Shown: positions 17,808 to 27,427, numbered from the stretch's first letter. The stretch: 64,000 nucleotides of DNA from PVC group bacterium (GCA_040773245.1 JAXGWO010000014.1:707-64706), one strand, 5' to 3'. Notes: generated from the letters alone by a model not told the origin. Translations and numbers: made by a program.

Positions 17808-19820
17808 ATGAGACCGATCAGGGGATTCCGATATTGCGCGGCAGTTCTGGCCGGCATAATGATGATACCCTGTTGGGTAAGCTCGGGCCGGGCGGATACA
17901 TCGGTTTACGTCGACGCTTCCTCGGGGAGTGATATCACTGGGAATGGAAGTCAGGCCAAGCCCTGGCAGACTATTGGGAAGGCTCTGGACTCCATAACCG
18001 GGACCTCGGTTAACCCTTGCCAGGTTCTGGTGGCCCAGGGGACCTATCACGAATCGAGACTTAATCCAGATCAATATGAGTCCGTTTTCGGCGGCTATAA
18101 CCCCGCCAACTGGGACCGGGATATCGATACCTACCGGACCGTAGTCGACGGAGGGGGAGAGGAGATGTGGATCTTCAGGGGCGAGGATCATTGCACTTTC
18201 GACGGCCTATACCTTCAGAACGCCGGAGAAGGGGTGTTTTGTTGGAGCAGCTCCCCCAATATCAGGCGTTGCCATATCAGCAATTGTGAAATGGGTATTG
18301 CCACTTCCGAGGGAGCGACAATTCGGCAAAATGTCCTGGTCGGTAACGGTTATGCCATATTCGGGGGGCCCAATACCGGATTTATTACCAGAATCTATAA
18401 CAATCTGATTGTTCTTAACACGGAGGGATCAGTGCCCAGCGGAATCGCCAGTGGCTCCAACAATATGTACTGCATCAATAACACGATCGATTCCAATGAA
18501 TACGGGATCCGTATTCAGAAAGCTAGTGATGAACTGCCCCCGGTAGCGCTGATCCAGAATAACAATATCACCAGAAACGGAAGTAGCAGTCATTATGATG
18601 GGATTTATCTTTCCGATTCCGAATACTTTGGTGTCGATCCCGATCTGATCACCATTCGCTACAATAACGTTTGGGACAACGGAACCGACTACGACGGCTG
18701 CGTCCCCGGCGAGGGAGACATCTCCCAGGATCCGCTTTATCGGTCCCCGGCCGGTGCCGGCGGGAGCGGTTACGAGCGGTTACCGACGGCGGAGGTTTTA
18801 GCCCGGGAAGAAGACCGGCTTCTGGAGATGGAAGCGGAAAAACTGAGTGCCTGGGAGCGAGGCTATTCCGTGACCAAGGGTCGATCAACCATCCGGCGGG
18901 GAGGAGAAATTATGGCCGCCGTCGACTACGATTACCAGCTCTTCGAAAATTCTCCATCGATCGACGCCGGTACGAATGAAAACGCGCCATCAGAAGATAT
19001 ACTGGGGGCCCTTCGGCCCAACCCCAGCACGGCGATAGCTGATATCGGCTGTTATGAGTATTACTCCACCCCCGCGCCCCCGGCCTCACCCCCCTGGACC
19101 ACCGACTTCAACGGGGACGGAACCAGCGACATTGCGGTCTTCCGGGAAAGCTCCGGCCTCTGGGCGATTCGTCAGGTGACCCGGGCCTACTTCGGGAGCT
19201 CCAGCGACCGGCCGGTCCCCGCCGACTACACCGGCGACGGGACCACCAATATCGCGATCTTCCGGGAGTCCAACGGCCTCTGGTCGGTCAGCGGCGGCCA
19301 GAGGACCTACTTCGGGGGATCGGGCGACCTGCCGGTCCCCGGCGACTACACCGGGGACGGGACCGCGAACCTGGGGATCTACCGGGAGTCCACGCGTCTC
19401 TGGGTGGTCAAGGGGGTGACCCGGGCGTATTTCGGGAGCTCCGGCGACAGCCCGGTGCCCGGCTACTGGGCCGGGGACGGGAGCAAGTCAATCGGGGTCT
19501 TCCGCCCCGCCAACGGCCTCTGGATCATCCGGGGTATCACCCGGTCCTACTTCGGGTCCGCGAGCGATACGGTGGTCCCGGGGGATTACAACGGCGACGG
19601 GAGCTGGGACCCGGGGGTCTTCCGGCCCGCCAGCGGTCTCTGGTCGGTGAAGGGGGTGACCCGGACCTACTTCGGCCAATCCACGGACCTGCCGATCCCT
19701 GGAGGGTACCGGGGGGACGGGCGGGACTGCCCGGGGATCTTCCGCAACGGCCTCTGGGTGATCAAAGGCGTGACCCGGGCTTACTTCGGCTCCGGGAGCG
19801 ATGTGCCGGTGACGAGGTAG
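17808..19820 (+). CDS. Exoprotein C (~670 aa): signal peptide, DUF1565/right-handed beta-helix (pectin-lyase-like), six-repeat C-terminal domain
   Basis: VYVDASSGSDITGNGSQAKPWQTIGKAL; Asn/Ile-rich IxNNxI coils; SPSIDAG...DIGCYE; ends DVPVTR. Confidence 0.87.
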   Translation: MRPIRGFRYCAAVLAGIMMIPCWVSSGRADTSVYVDASSGSDITGNGSQAKPWQTIGKALDSITGTSVNPCQVLVAQGTYHESRLNPDQYESVFGGYNPANWDRDIDTYRTVVDGGGEEMWIFRGEDHCTFDGLYLQNAGEGVFCWSSSPNIRRCHISNCEMGIATSEGATIRQNVLVGNGYAIFGGPNTGFITRIYNNLIVLNTEGSVPSGIASGSNNMYCINNTIDSNEYGIRIQKASDELPPVALIQNNNITRNGSSSHYDGIYLSDSEYFGVDPDLITIRYNNVWDNGTDYDGCVPGEGDISQDPLYRSPAGAGGSGYERLPTAEVLAREEDRLLEMEAEKLSAWERGYSVTKGRSTIRRGGEIMAAVDYDYQLFENSPSIDAGTNENAPSEDILGALRPNPSTAIADIGCYEYYSTPAPPASPPWTTDFNGDGTSDIAVFRESSGLWAIRQVTRAYFGSSSDRPVPADYTGDGTTNIAIFRESNGLWSVSGGQRTYFGGSGDLPVPGDYTGDGTANLGIYRESTRLWVVKGVTRAYFGSSGDSPVPGYWAGDGSKSIGVFRPANGLWIIRGITRSYFGSASDTVVPGDYNGDGSWDPGVFRPASGLWSVKGVTRTYFGQSTDLPIPGGYRGDGRDCPGIFRNGLWVIKGVTRAYFGSGSDVPVTR

Positions 19821-19870
19821 GGCAACCGAATCGGGTTGGCCTAATCGGTTAGAATTAGAGGAATATTGTT

Positions 19871-22800
19871 ATTAGATATCGCATCACATTACTGTTATGC
19901 GTATTTGCCTTCCTGGGTATTCCAGGCTTCTCTTCCGCCCAGAGCCCGATGGAGATCTGGTTCGTCTCCCAATACGGGTCCGCCGGGACCGCCACATTGA
20001 TCAAGGGGCCGGATGGGACCGTGGTCCTTTATGACGAGGGTGGAGGGGCCAACGCCGCCAGCAAGTGCAAGGCGATTCTGGATGCCGAGGGGATGTCCTT
20101 CATCGATTACGCCATCGCCGGGCACTACGACAGCGACCACCAGGGAGGGCTCGACGACCTGGTCTCTATGATGGGCGGCACTTATTCATTCGGGACTTTT
20201 TACGACCGCGGTGGCACGCAAACCCATACCGGGTCCGCCATCGACGCCAACTACTACGACCTGGTCAGCACGTCCGGCAAGAGGGCCACGGTGACGCTGT
20301 ACGGGAGTTCGGATATCTCGCTCGGTTACGGGGCCAAGGTTCAGTTTATGTCCGTCGGGGCCCCCAATACCACCGATGCCATCTACATCCGGGGCCGTCC
20401 CAACGTGACCACGGGGATCTCCGAGAACAACAAGTCGATCACGGCCCTGGTTTCCTTCAACTCGACATACGGAGCCCCCGGCTTCGACCTCTACCTGGGG
20501 AGCGATGCCGAGGGGACAACCGAACTGGCGGTGGACAACGTGGTGGGGGACCTCGGCCGCTCCTGCGATGTGCTCCTGGTTGACCATCACGGGTCCTACA
20601 CCTACGGAATCAGCTCCCCGGAATTCTTGGGGAATATGGATCCAGAGTTGGCGATTATTTCGGTCTGGGATAACTCCCACGGACATCCCCGCGTCGAGGT
20701 CGTCGAGAACCTGCAGAAGGTGGTCGAGCCGCTGGATCAGCGGATCGTCCGGCTGATGCCGGGTAACGAGGGGGCAGTCGGATGGGCGCCGGAGACGATG
20801 GATTACTGCCACACCACCGGGAGCGATTCGATCGACGGGACGGTGAAGATCACCGTCTCGACCGACGGTCTCTTCTACACGGTGACCGGTTACGGGATCA
20901 CCGAGCCGGGGCTGACCGACCACCCGGTGGACGAGTATTTCACCACCCCGACGCCAACGCCGGCGGTTGACTGGAACCGATCCTTTGAGGATTGGGCGAC
21001 GGAGACCCGTCCGGAAAAGTGGGAAGTCGTCCCGGAGAGCTTCGCCCGGCAGACCAGCCTCTCCCTTGACGGCGATTACGCCGCCGTCCTGGTCGGGTAC
21101 GGGGACTCGATGTGCCTGACCCAGGCGCTCCCGGCGGACGCTCCGCGGTCAATGGAGTTCGGAGCCTGGCTACAGCTGCTCTCCGGCGGAGGGGGAACAG
21201 GAGGGCGGGTGTTATACATATACGAATCCGCCTCGGGGGGCGGCGAAATCTACGGCAACCGGGTCGAGGGGCCGACCGGCTGGGCCTGCAGTCTGCTCCA
21301 GGTCGAAAGAGGGGACGACTGGACGAACGAAGTGATCTCGATCTGCTTCGATGACCCGGCGGAGGGCTCGGAAGCCGTGATCGTCGACGCCGCCTGGATC
21401 CTGGATTACTCGGTGCCTTCCCCTACCCCGACGCCTACTCCTTTCGACGGCTGGTTCTCAGATTGGGCCTGGCGGGAGAAGATAACCATACCGGCGGCCG
21501 GGGTGGAGAGCGATCTGGCCGGTTTCCCGATCTTCATCTCCCTCGATTCATCCCGGAGCCAGGTGTTCTGGGCGGCCCAATCCGAAGGGGCTGATATAGT
21601 CTTTTCTCCAGGTGACCGGAGTTCAAAGTGGAATCACGAGATTGAGAAGTATAACTCGCAGACGGGCAGCGAGGAACTGGTCGCCTGGGTGGGGGTCCCG
21701 CAATTATCATCCCAGACCGACACGGTCTTTTATATGTATTACGGGAACCCCTCGTCCGCGGCTCAGCAGGACCCGGCCGGGGTATGGGATTCCCATTTTC
21801 AAGGTGTCTGGCACCTGGGAGAAGGGGAGGGTTCGGCGGCCGATGACTCCACCGGTGCCGGCAACGACGGGACGGCCAGCAAGGGAACCGGCTGGATCGG
21901 TGAAGGCAGGCTGGACGGTGCTTATGCCTGTGATGGGACCGCAGATTACTTCACGGTGCCGGATGCCTCCGGCCTCAAACCGACCCGGATCACCCTGGAA
22001 GGATGGATCAAACCGGCCCAGATCCCCTTCGCCGTGAGTTTTCCGGGACTCTTCGACAGCACCTACAGTTACGCATACAGCTTTCTGGGAAAGGACAGCG
22101 ATGAACTGTCGGCCTATTTCCATATCGATGGGAGCTTGAAAATTCTGACCACCTCGGGGGCAAACCTGAGTGAGAACACCTGGTACTATGCGGTGGCCCG
22201 GTATGACGGCAGCGAGATCGGCATCTTCATCAACGGGGAGGAGAGGGCAAGCCTTCCCGCGGCGGGCAACCTGGATACAGGAGGAGGATACGACCTGCTC
22301 CTGGGCTATGGCCGCGGTGGGGTGAGTTACTGGATGGGAGGCTTGGATGAGATGCGGTTATCCGACTGCGCCCGGAGTGATGACTGGATTCTCACCTGCT
22401 ACCGCAACCAGTCTTCCCCGGGCGACTTCTTCGGGATCTCTCCCCGGGAGGCGGAGCTTACCCCCACCGTCTCCCCGACTGCCAGCGCCCCTCCGACGCC
22501 CTCTCCCCCCCCCTCTCCGACTCTGACCCCAGTGTCAGAGTGGAATAAATCCTTCGAGGATTGGGCGACGGAGACCAGACACGATAAATGGGAATTCGTT
22601 GAAGGTTTCGCCCGGCAGACCGACAACGTCCGCGATGGGAATCACGCCGCCGTAATTTTCGGAAACGACGATAGAGTATCTGTCATCCAGAGCCTTCCGG
22701 AAGACGCTCCGCGGTTTCTCGAGTTCGGCGTATGGCTGCAGATGTTGGCGGCCGGCGGAGAATTGAATGGCCGGGTAATATATGGTTGTAGAAAAGGACC

Positions 22801-23956
22801 AGAGAGTTGGGGCGAGATCGAGGGCAACCTAATCGTGGGGCCGACCGGATGGGCCCAGAGTTCACTACAAATCGAACGGGAAGAAGGTTGGACGGATGAA
22901 TGGATAAAGATTTCCCTCTGCTGCCCCCCGATGGATTCCGAAGCGGTGATCATCGACGGCGCCTGGATCCGGGATTACTCGGTGCCCTCTCCCACCCCGA
23001 CGCCGACCCCAGTTCCTTCGGCGACTCCATCCGCCACCCCGACTGTCAGCGTCCCTCCGACGCCCGCTCCCTCGCCCTCGGCCACCCCGACTGTCAGCGT
23101 CCCTCCGACGCCTTCTCCCCCGCCCTCGGCCACCCCGACTCCGTCGGCAAGCCCCACCACTTCGCCGACCGCCTCGCCGACGCCCTCCCTAACCCCCACC
23201 CCTCTTCCGCCGCCCCGCAATCACTGGATCTACGACTACAACGGCGACGGGACCTCGGATGTCGCCATCTTCCGGGCTTCTTCCGGCCTCTGGGCGATCC
23301 GGGGGATCAGCCGGGCCTACTTCGGATCCTCAAATGACCTCCCAGTCCCCGGGGACTTTGACGGCGACGGCACCACGGATATCGGGATCTTCCGGTCCGC
23401 TTCCGGCCTCTGGGCGGCCCGGGGAGTGACCCGGACTTACTTTGGCGGTACGGACGACGAACCGATCCCGGGAGATTATGAAGGTTACGGGACAGTTGGT
23501 ATCGCCATCTTCCGTCCGGCTTCCGGACTTTGGGCGATCAAGGGCGTTACCCGAGCGTATTTCGGCGGTTCTTCAGACATCCCCCTCCCTGGTTACTGGG
23601 CCGAAGATCCGATGAAGTCCATCGGGATCTTCCGCCCGGCCTCGGGACTCTGGGCGATAAAGGGAATTACCAGGGCCTATTTCGGTTCCTCGGTGGACAA
23701 ACCGGTCCCGGGGGACTACGCCGGGACTGGGAGCTGGACTCAGGCGATTTTCCGGGAAACTTCCGGACTCTGGGCCGTCAAGGGGGTGACCCGGGCTTAC
23801 TTCGGGGGTTCCACGGACTCCCCGATCCCCGGCGGCTATAACGGCGACGGAAAGGACTACCCGGGTATCTTCCGGGGAACCAGCGGCCTGTGGGCGATTA
23901 AAGGCGTGACCCGGACCTACTTCGGCTCCGGTAGCGACATCCCGGTAACCCGGTAG
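19871..23956 (+). CDS. Exoprotein D (~1360 aa): signal peptide, ComEC-like MBL fold, duplicated CBM-like domain, DUF2341 + LamG, Pro/Thr linker, six-repeat C-terminal domain
   Basis: [21 protein letters not shown]; two [13 protein letters not shown]...[13 protein letters not shown] repeats; [23 protein letters not shown]; ends DIPVTR. The start is inferred at ATT 19871 because the signal peptide lies upstream of track ATG 19949. Confidence 0.85.
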   Translation: MRYRITLLLCVFAFLGIPGFSSAQSPMEIWFVSQYGSAGTATLIKGPDGTVVLYDEGGGANAASKCKAILDAEGMSFIDYAIAGHYDSDHQGGLDDLVSMMGGTYSFGTFYDRGGTQTHTGSAIDANYYDLVSTSGKRATVTLYGSSDISLGYGAKVQFMSVGAPNTTDAIYIRGRPNVTTGISENNKSITALVSFNSTYGAPGFDLYLGSDAEGTTELAVDNVVGDLGRSCDVLLVDHHGSYTYGISSPEFLGNMDPELAIISVWDNSHGHPRVEVVENLQKVVEPLDQRIVRLMPGNEGAVGWAPETMDYCHTTGSDSIDGTVKITVSTDGLFYTVTGYGITEPGLTDHPVDEYFTTPTPTPAVDWNRSFEDWATETRPEKWEVVPESFARQTSLSLDGDYAAVLVGYGDSMCLTQALPADAPRSMEFGAWLQLLSGGGGTGGRVLYIYESASGGGEIYGNRVEGPTGWACSLLQVERGDDWTNEVISICFDDPAEGSEAVIVDAAWILDYSVPSPTPTPTPFDGWFSDWAWREKITIPAAGVESDLAGFPIFISLDSSRSQVFWAAQSEGADIVFSPGDRSSKWNHEIEKYNSQTGSEELVAWVGVPQLSSQTDTVFYMYYGNPSSAAQQDPAGVWDSHFQGVWHLGEGEGSAADDSTGAGNDGTASKGTGWIGEGRLDGAYACDGTADYFTVPDASGLKPTRITLEGWIKPAQIPFAVSFPGLFDSTYSYAYSFLGKDSDELSAYFHIDGSLKILTTSGANLSENTWYYAVARYDGSEIGIFINGEERASLPAAGNLDTGGGYDLLLGYGRGGVSYWMGGLDEMRLSDCARSDDWILTCYRNQSSPGDFFGISPREAELTPTVSPTASAPPTPSPPPSPTLTPVSEWNKSFEDWATETRHDKWEFVEGFARQTDNVRDGNHAAVIFGNDDRVSVIQSLPEDAPRFLEFGVWLQMLAAGGELNGRVIYGCRKGPESWGEIEGNLIVGPTGWAQSSLQIEREEGWTDEWIKISLCCPPMDSEAVIIDGAWIRDYSVPSPTPTPTPVPSATPSATPTVSVPPTPAPSPSATPTVSVPPTPSPPPSATPTPSASPTTSPTASPTPSLTPTPLPPPRNHWIYDYNGDGTSDVAIFRASSGLWAIRGISRAYFGSSNDLPVPGDFDGDGTTDIGIFRSASGLWAARGVTRTYFGGTDDEPIPGDYEGYGTVGIAIFRPASGLWAIKGVTRAYFGGSSDIPLPGYWAEDPMKSIGIFRPASGLWAIKGITRAYFGSSVDKPVPGDYAGTGSWTQAIFRETSGLWAVKGVTRAYFGGSTDSPIPGGYNGDGKDYPGIFRGTSGLWAIKGVTRTYFGSGSDIPVTR

Positions 23957-23979
23957 ACTGTCGGATCATTCGAGAGGAA

Positions 23980-24012
23980 AAGGGCGGCTCCCCGGTCTCG
24001 GGGGCCGCCCTT
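23980..24012 (+). terminator. Hairpin terminator after exoprotein D
   Basis: aagggcggctcccc-ggtctc-gggggccgccctt. Confidence 0.65.
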
Positions 24013-24239
24013 AGTCCTTCCGGGGACACCGGAAACTCCGCTCCCCTACCATAGACACCCTGTTTTAACCCCCTGCCGGCCTACAGGCAGGGTTTGAATC
24101 TCTCAGCAGGGGTTTCCTCTACCCTACCCCTGGTGAAAGTGATGACTTAGAACAGCCTCAGGAAACGGGACCGCTCCGTCGGCTACCTCCGGCGCGGGCT
24201 ACTCTCCCCTGACCGCCGGCACGGCGCGGTATCCCCGGC

Positions 24240-24689
24240 CTACCACTGATCGAGCTTGAATCTCTGTTTCTCTTCGTCCCATTCGGGGCAAGGTTTGGGT
24301 TTCCCATTCCAATCCCAGCACTTCGACTTTATCAGCTTGTTGTCACGGAACTCGGCCTCCGTCATCTTCTGCCCGTTCTCGTGCCAGGCGGTCACCTTCC
24401 CGTGCCACTTACCATCACGGAATTTGCCTGCCCCGGCCTTCTGCCCGTTCTTGTGCCAACCAGTGGCCTTCCCGTGCGGCTTGCCGTCACGGTACTCAAC
24501 CTCGGTCTTCTTCTGCCCGCTGGAGTGGTATTCGACCGCCGTACCCATAAACGGCATATCTGAATCAACCTCGTACATCAGTCCACCCCGCTCAACGAGC
24601 TTATCCTTATCCACCACCTTCGGTTTTCCGCATCCCTCGGCAAAGACAACCCCTAACACTACCGCCATCGCCACGCTCAACGCCCTCAT
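24240..24689 (-). CDS. Lipoprotein with MORN-variant repeats (YwqK-like)
   Basis: RBS GGAGGAG, ATG 24689; MRALSVAMAVVLGVVFAEG-C lipobox; repeats YHSSGQKK, WHKNGQKA, WHENGQKM. Confidence 0.8.
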   Translation of the reverse strand: MRALSVAMAVVLGVVFAEGCGKPKVVDKDKLVERGGLMYEVDSDMPFMGTAVEYHSSGQKKTEVEYRDGKPHGKATGWHKNGQKAGAGKFRDGKWHGKVTAWHENGQKMTEAEFRDNKLIKSKCWDWNGKPKPCPEWDEEKQRFKLDQW

Positions 24690-24796
24690 CGCTCTCCTCC
24701 ATAGACAGGGGGTAAGTGGGGGGTTATCCCTTGTACAAGAATGGAACCGGCCTACATAAGAACGGTTCTGCTTCCAGACGTTCGGAAAACAATCAA

Positions 24797-24868
24797 AGGC
24801 GCGGACCGGACTCGAACCGGTGAATAGCGGTTTTGCAGACCGCCGCCTTACCACTTGGCTACCGCGCC
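24797..24868 (-). tRNA. tRNA-Cys (anticodon GCA), CCA not encoded
   Basis: Minus strand GGCGCGGTAGCCAAGTGGTAAGGCG-GCGGT-CTGCAAA-ACCGC-TATTC-ACCGGTTCGAGTCCGGT-CCGCGCCT. Confidence 0.97.
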
Positions 24869-24873
24869 GTAAT

Positions 24874-25068
24874 CTATCCTTCCAAGTACCAGATCCGGAA
24901 GAAGTCCTCGTGGGTCTCGACGTTGACCAACTTCCGGTTCTTCTCGGCCAGGAAGCTGTCGATCTTCGCCAGAAACTGCTGCCGGGCGGGGGGGATCACC
25001 TTCACCCGGACCCGGCCGGCGATGCGGGTCGGGCGGAAAAGGAAGTCCTTGTAGTCGAGCCTGGCCAT
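24874..25068 (-). CDS. Hypothetical protein (64 aa)
   Basis: MARLDYKDFLFRPTRIAG...FFRIWYLEG; starts 2 nt after the coaB stop; host-like codon usage. Confidence 0.6.
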   Translation of the reverse strand: MARLDYKDFLFRPTRIAGRVRVKVIPPARQQFLAKIDSFLAEKNRKLVNVETHEDFFRIWYLEG

Positions 25069-25070
25069 CC

Positions 25071-25712
25071 TCAGACCCTCCCGGCCGCGATCTTCCGGAC
25101 CCGGTCGATGATCTTCCCCGCCAGGGCGTCCTTGCTCATCAGCGGCCACTCTTCCGGAACACCCTCCCGGCCGACCACGACCACCCGGTTGGTCGCGGCG
25201 GCGAAACCGCAGCCGGGGGCGGTGATGTCGTTGGCGACGATCAGGTCCAGGCGCTTACTCTTCAATTTTTTCCCGGCGTTGTCAACGATGTTTTCCGTCT
25301 CGGCGGAAAAGCCCACCAGGACCAGGTTTCCCTTCTTCTTCCCCAGCCCGGCGAGGATGTCGGGGTTGCAGACCAGGTCGAGGGTGAGGCGGCTTTGGTT
25401 CTTCTTCAGCTTCCGGCGGGAATAGCGGGCCGGGCGGTAGTCGGAGACGGCGGCGGCCATAATCACCGCCCCGGCGCCGGGGAGGTGTCTTGTAACCTCG
25501 TCGCGCATCTGGCGGGCGGAGGTGACGGGGACAAACTCCACCCCGGGAGGCGGGGGGAGGTTGACCGGGCCGCTGATCAGGACCACCTCCCCTCCCCTCT
25601 TGCGGGCGGCGCGGGCGAGGGCAAAGCCCATCTTCCCGGAGGAGGGGTTGGAGATGAACCGGAAGGGGTCGAGAAACTCCCGGGTCGGGCCGGCGGTGAT
25701 GATGAATTTCAT
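25071..25712 (-). CDS. coaB: Phosphopantothenate--cysteine ligase (CoaB half of CoaBC)
   Basis: ITAGPTREFLDPFRFISNPSSGKMG, AAAVSDY, NPDILA, VGFSAET, DLIVANDI. Confidence 0.92.
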   Translation of the reverse strand: MKFIITAGPTREFLDPFRFISNPSSGKMGFALARAARKRGGEVVLISGPVNLPPPPGVEFVPVTSARQMRDEVTRHLPGAGAVIMAAAVSDYRPARYSRRKLKKNQSRLTLDLVCNPDILAGLGKKKGNLVLVGFSAETENIVDNAGKKLKSKRLDLIVANDITAPGCGFAAATNRVVVVGREGVPEEWPLMSKDALAGKIIDRVRKIAAGRV

Positions 25713-25771
25713 CTTTGGTGTCGCCCCCGGCGGGGGCTTGATGGGGAAAGATTGTTTTCGGGCGACAGGAT

Positions 25772-25877
25772 GAGATTGCTTCGTCGCTGCGCTCCTCGCA
25801 ATGACTGAGTGGGATACTGCGCTCCTCGCAATGACGGGGTGGAGTGATGCGCTCCTGGCGATGACTGGGGCGGCGGC
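25772..25877. repeat. Palindromic repeat element plus three 30-bp tandem units
   Basis: GAGATTGCTTCGTCGCTGCGCTCCTCGCAATGAC (imperfect palindrome ATTGC...GCAAT); TGCGCTCCT(C/G)GC(A/G)ATGAC recurs at 25788, 25818 and 25848. Confidence 0.85.
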
Positions 25878-25898
25878 AAACCGAACGCGGATGCCTCT

Positions 25899-26483
25899 TT
25901 ACTTCGCGGGGCGGGAGAGGATGGCGGTGATGGCTTCCAATATGGCGTCGAGGGAGGCGAGGCGGCCGGGACCTTCATAACCACAGGCCAGGTGGCCGGA
26001 CTCCGGGCCGACGAACTCCACCCCGTGCTTCTCCAGCCGCCGGATGTTCTCCTGGACGATGGGGTTTCGATACATCCCGCTGTTCATCCCGGGGGCGAGG
26101 AGGATCGGGGCCCGGGTGGCCATCACCACCGCGGAGAGCAAGTCGCCGGCCAGGCCGGCGGCCATCTTCCCGATGAAGTCGGCGGAGACGGGGGCGATCA
26201 CCACCAGCCTCGGGAATTCGGCCAGGGTGATGTGCGCCGCGCCACGGGAACGGTCATCCCCGAACATCCCGGTGTGGACCGGGCGGCCGGTCAGGGTCTC
26301 GAAGGTCAGAGGGGTGACGAACTCCCGGGCGGCGGCGGTGAGGACGGTCCGGACCTCGGCCCCGGCCTGGGCCAGGCGGCTGGCCAGCTCGGCCGCCTTG
26401 TAGGCGGCGATCGAGCCGGTCACCCCGAGCAGGATGGGGACGCCGGCCAGGACTCGCTCAAAGGATGCCGGCTGCTTCGGCAT
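25899..26483 (-). CDS. coaC: Phosphopantothenoylcysteine decarboxylase (CoaC half of CoaBC)
   Basis: LGVTGSIAAYKA, HITLAEF, APVSADFIGKMAAG, APGMNSGM, GHLACGYEGPGRL. Confidence 0.92.
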   Translation of the reverse strand: MPKQPASFERVLAGVPILLGVTGSIAAYKAAELASRLAQAGAEVRTVLTAAAREFVTPLTFETLTGRPVHTGMFGDDRSRGAAHITLAEFPRLVVIAPVSADFIGKMAAGLAGDLLSAVVMATRAPILLAPGMNSGMYRNPIVQENIRRLEKHGVEFVGPESGHLACGYEGPGRLASLDAILEAITAILSRPAK

Positions 26484-26688
26484 CCTTCTCCTCCTCCGGC
26501 GGGGCAAGGGTGATCTTCTCGGCCGCGATCTCGTCGAGGGCGATCATCATCGGCTTGCGGTTCCGGACATCCTCGATCAGGGGTTTATCGCCCCGGGTCA
26601 GCGAAACCGTCCGCTTGGCGGCGAGGATGACCAGGGAGTAGATGTTGTCAACTTTCTTCAGATAGGGTTCGGTGGTCAGGCTGCGCAT
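26458..26688 (-). CDS. rpoZ: RNA polymerase omega subunit
   Basis: NIYSLVILAAKR...KPMMIALDEIA; located between gmk and coaC. Confidence 0.85.
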   Translation of the reverse strand: MRSLTTEPYLKKVDNIYSLVILAAKRTVSLTRGDKPLIEDVRNRKPMMIALDEIAAEKITLAPPEEEKDAEAAGIL

Positions 26689-26752
26689 CTTCTCTTCCTC
26701 TTTTATTAACGAGAGCACTAATTAGATTGCATCTCCTCCAAGACAGTACGTC

Positions 26753-26797
26753 GAGATTGCTTCGTCCCCCTCACGTCGTTCGGGGTCCTCGCAATGC
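26753..26797. repeat. Second copy of the palindromic repeat element
   Basis: GAGATTGCTTCGTC-ccctcacgtcgttcgggg-TCCTCGCAATG; same arms as 25772, different loop. Confidence 0.8.
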
Positions 26798-26824
26798 CGG
26801 GCAACCTGTTTTATGCTCTCCTGA

Positions 26825-27427
26825 TTAACTTTGGATAATCCCGTTCACGACCCGGGGGAAACGCTTCGCCCGGCAGCGCTCGGCCCGGATCACCGACTCC
26901 AGATCGGAGACGGCGGTCTCGAGGTCGTCGTTGACGATGCAGTAATCGTAGTCCGAAAAGCTTTCGATCTCTTCCCGAGCCCGGGCGAGGCGCTTGGCGA
27001 TCACCTCGGGACTGTCGGTCTTCCGGCCATCGAGCCTTTTTTGAAGCTCGGAGAGGGAGGGCGGGAGAAGGAAGACGTAAACCGCCTCGACCCCCAGCTT
27101 CCGGATCGACCGGGCCCCCTGGACGTCGATCAGGAGGAGCATATCATACCCGGCTTCGAGCTGGGCTTCAACATAATCCCGGCCGGATCCGTAGTAATAG
27201 TCGTAAACCACGGCGTGCTCGAAGAACCTTCCCCGGGCCAGCTTTTCCTTGAACTCCTCCTCGGTGAGGAAGAAGTAATCCACCCCGTCCTTCTCCCCGG
27301 GCCGGGGCGGGCGGGTGGTGGTGGTGATGGCCCGCTTGACCCGGTCGGTCCGGGCCAGCAGCCCCTCGCTGACGGTGGTCTTCCCCGCCCCGGAGGGGGC
27401 GGAGAGGACGACGAGCAGTCCTTTCAT
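26825..27427 (-). CDS. gmk: Guanylate kinase
   Basis: SAPSGAGKTT, TTRPPRPGEKDGVDYFF, IDVQGA, VFLLPPS, YDYCIVNDDL. Confidence 0.96.
   Translation of the reverse strand: MKGLLVVLSAPSGAGKTTVSEGLLARTDRVKRAITTTTRPPRPGEKDGVDYFFLTEEEFKEKLARGRFFEHAVVYDYYYGSGRDYVEAQLEAGYDMLLLIDVQGARSIRKLGVEAVYVFLLPPSLSELQKRLDGRKTDSPEVIAKRLARAREEIESFSDYDYCIVNDDLETAVSDLESVIRAERCRAKRFPRVVNGIIQS

Noticed and set aside
24040-24140. CCCTGCC/GGCAGGG hairpins between exoprotein D and the lipoprotein gene
   Set aside because: Single short occurrence between convergent genes; cannot be distinguished from terminator-like structure.
7000-24868. Integrative element bounded by tRNA-Leu and tRNA-Cys
   Set aside because: No duplicated tRNA 3' end and no integrase found; host-like genes lie inside. 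It is accessory-rich but not a demonstrable island.
25788-25877. Three 30-bp units as a mini CRISPR array
   Set aside because: Only 18 conserved plus 12 variable nt, units derive from the palindromic element, and there are no cas genes.
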